Position numbers and translations under genes: made by a program | DNA from: Styela clava | Lineage: Eukaryota | Assembly (NCBI RefSeq): GCF_964204865.1 | Contig: NC_135256.1 | Coordinates: 6,200,001-6,264,000, forward strand | DNA: 64,000 bases | Direction: 5' to 3' | Shown: positions 63,819 to 64,000 of the stretch, one piece after another | Position numbering within the stretch: position 1 is the first letter of the stretch | Layout of the letters: each line of letters starts with the position of its first letter | Notes under the pieces: generated by a model | Database searches by the model: none | The model's input: the letters and a program-made list of their open reading frames with translations, nothing else | Told to the model about the DNA's origin: nothing

Positions 63819-64000
63819 CTGAAATACAGATTGTGTTTTAGAAACAGGAGTATAATAGAGTCGTTACTCGTTACATAAAATATATTAGGACAAGTTAGGT
63901 CGCGTTTTCTTTTTTACTTAAATAATTCCTCTGTGGTTCTCTGTGTGTGTGGTGGGTGCGTGTGTGAAATAGTTTAATAATTTTAGGTGGGTGAACACAT

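Overview
AT-rich, intron-rich animal genomic DNA. Chordate-like proteins and short introns full of SINEs/MITEs suggest an invertebrate deuterostome such as an ascidian (inference). Genes reconstructed by hand from splice sites, left to right: the last two coding exons of GNS (+); a complete 4-exon selenoprotein K gene (-) absent from the ORF track, with in-frame UGA-Sec and a 3'UTR SECIS; a complete 26-exon importin-5 gene (-) with a U12-type AT-AC intron; an intronless 2OG-Fe(II) dioxygenase (-) and its pseudogenised tandem copy; a 6-exon C6orf163-like coiled-coil gene (+) with an RFX X-box and a GC-AG intron; and 17 exons of PRPF6 (-), whose 5' end lies outside the window. The best candidate for new biology is a GC-rich 103-nt three-way-junction element between the SELENOK Sec codon and its SECIS. 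It is bounded by GT..AG; splicing it out would change the C-terminus (UGR* to UGSMELC*) and cut UGA-SECIS spacing from 140 to 37 nt, a possible splice-controlled selenocysteine switch. Also notable: a multi-stem, possibly pseudoknotted element in IPO5 intron 20, and a tandem duplication that captured IPO5 exon 1 and preserves empty and filled sites for three different TE insertions. No prokaryotic systems or CRISPR arrays are present.
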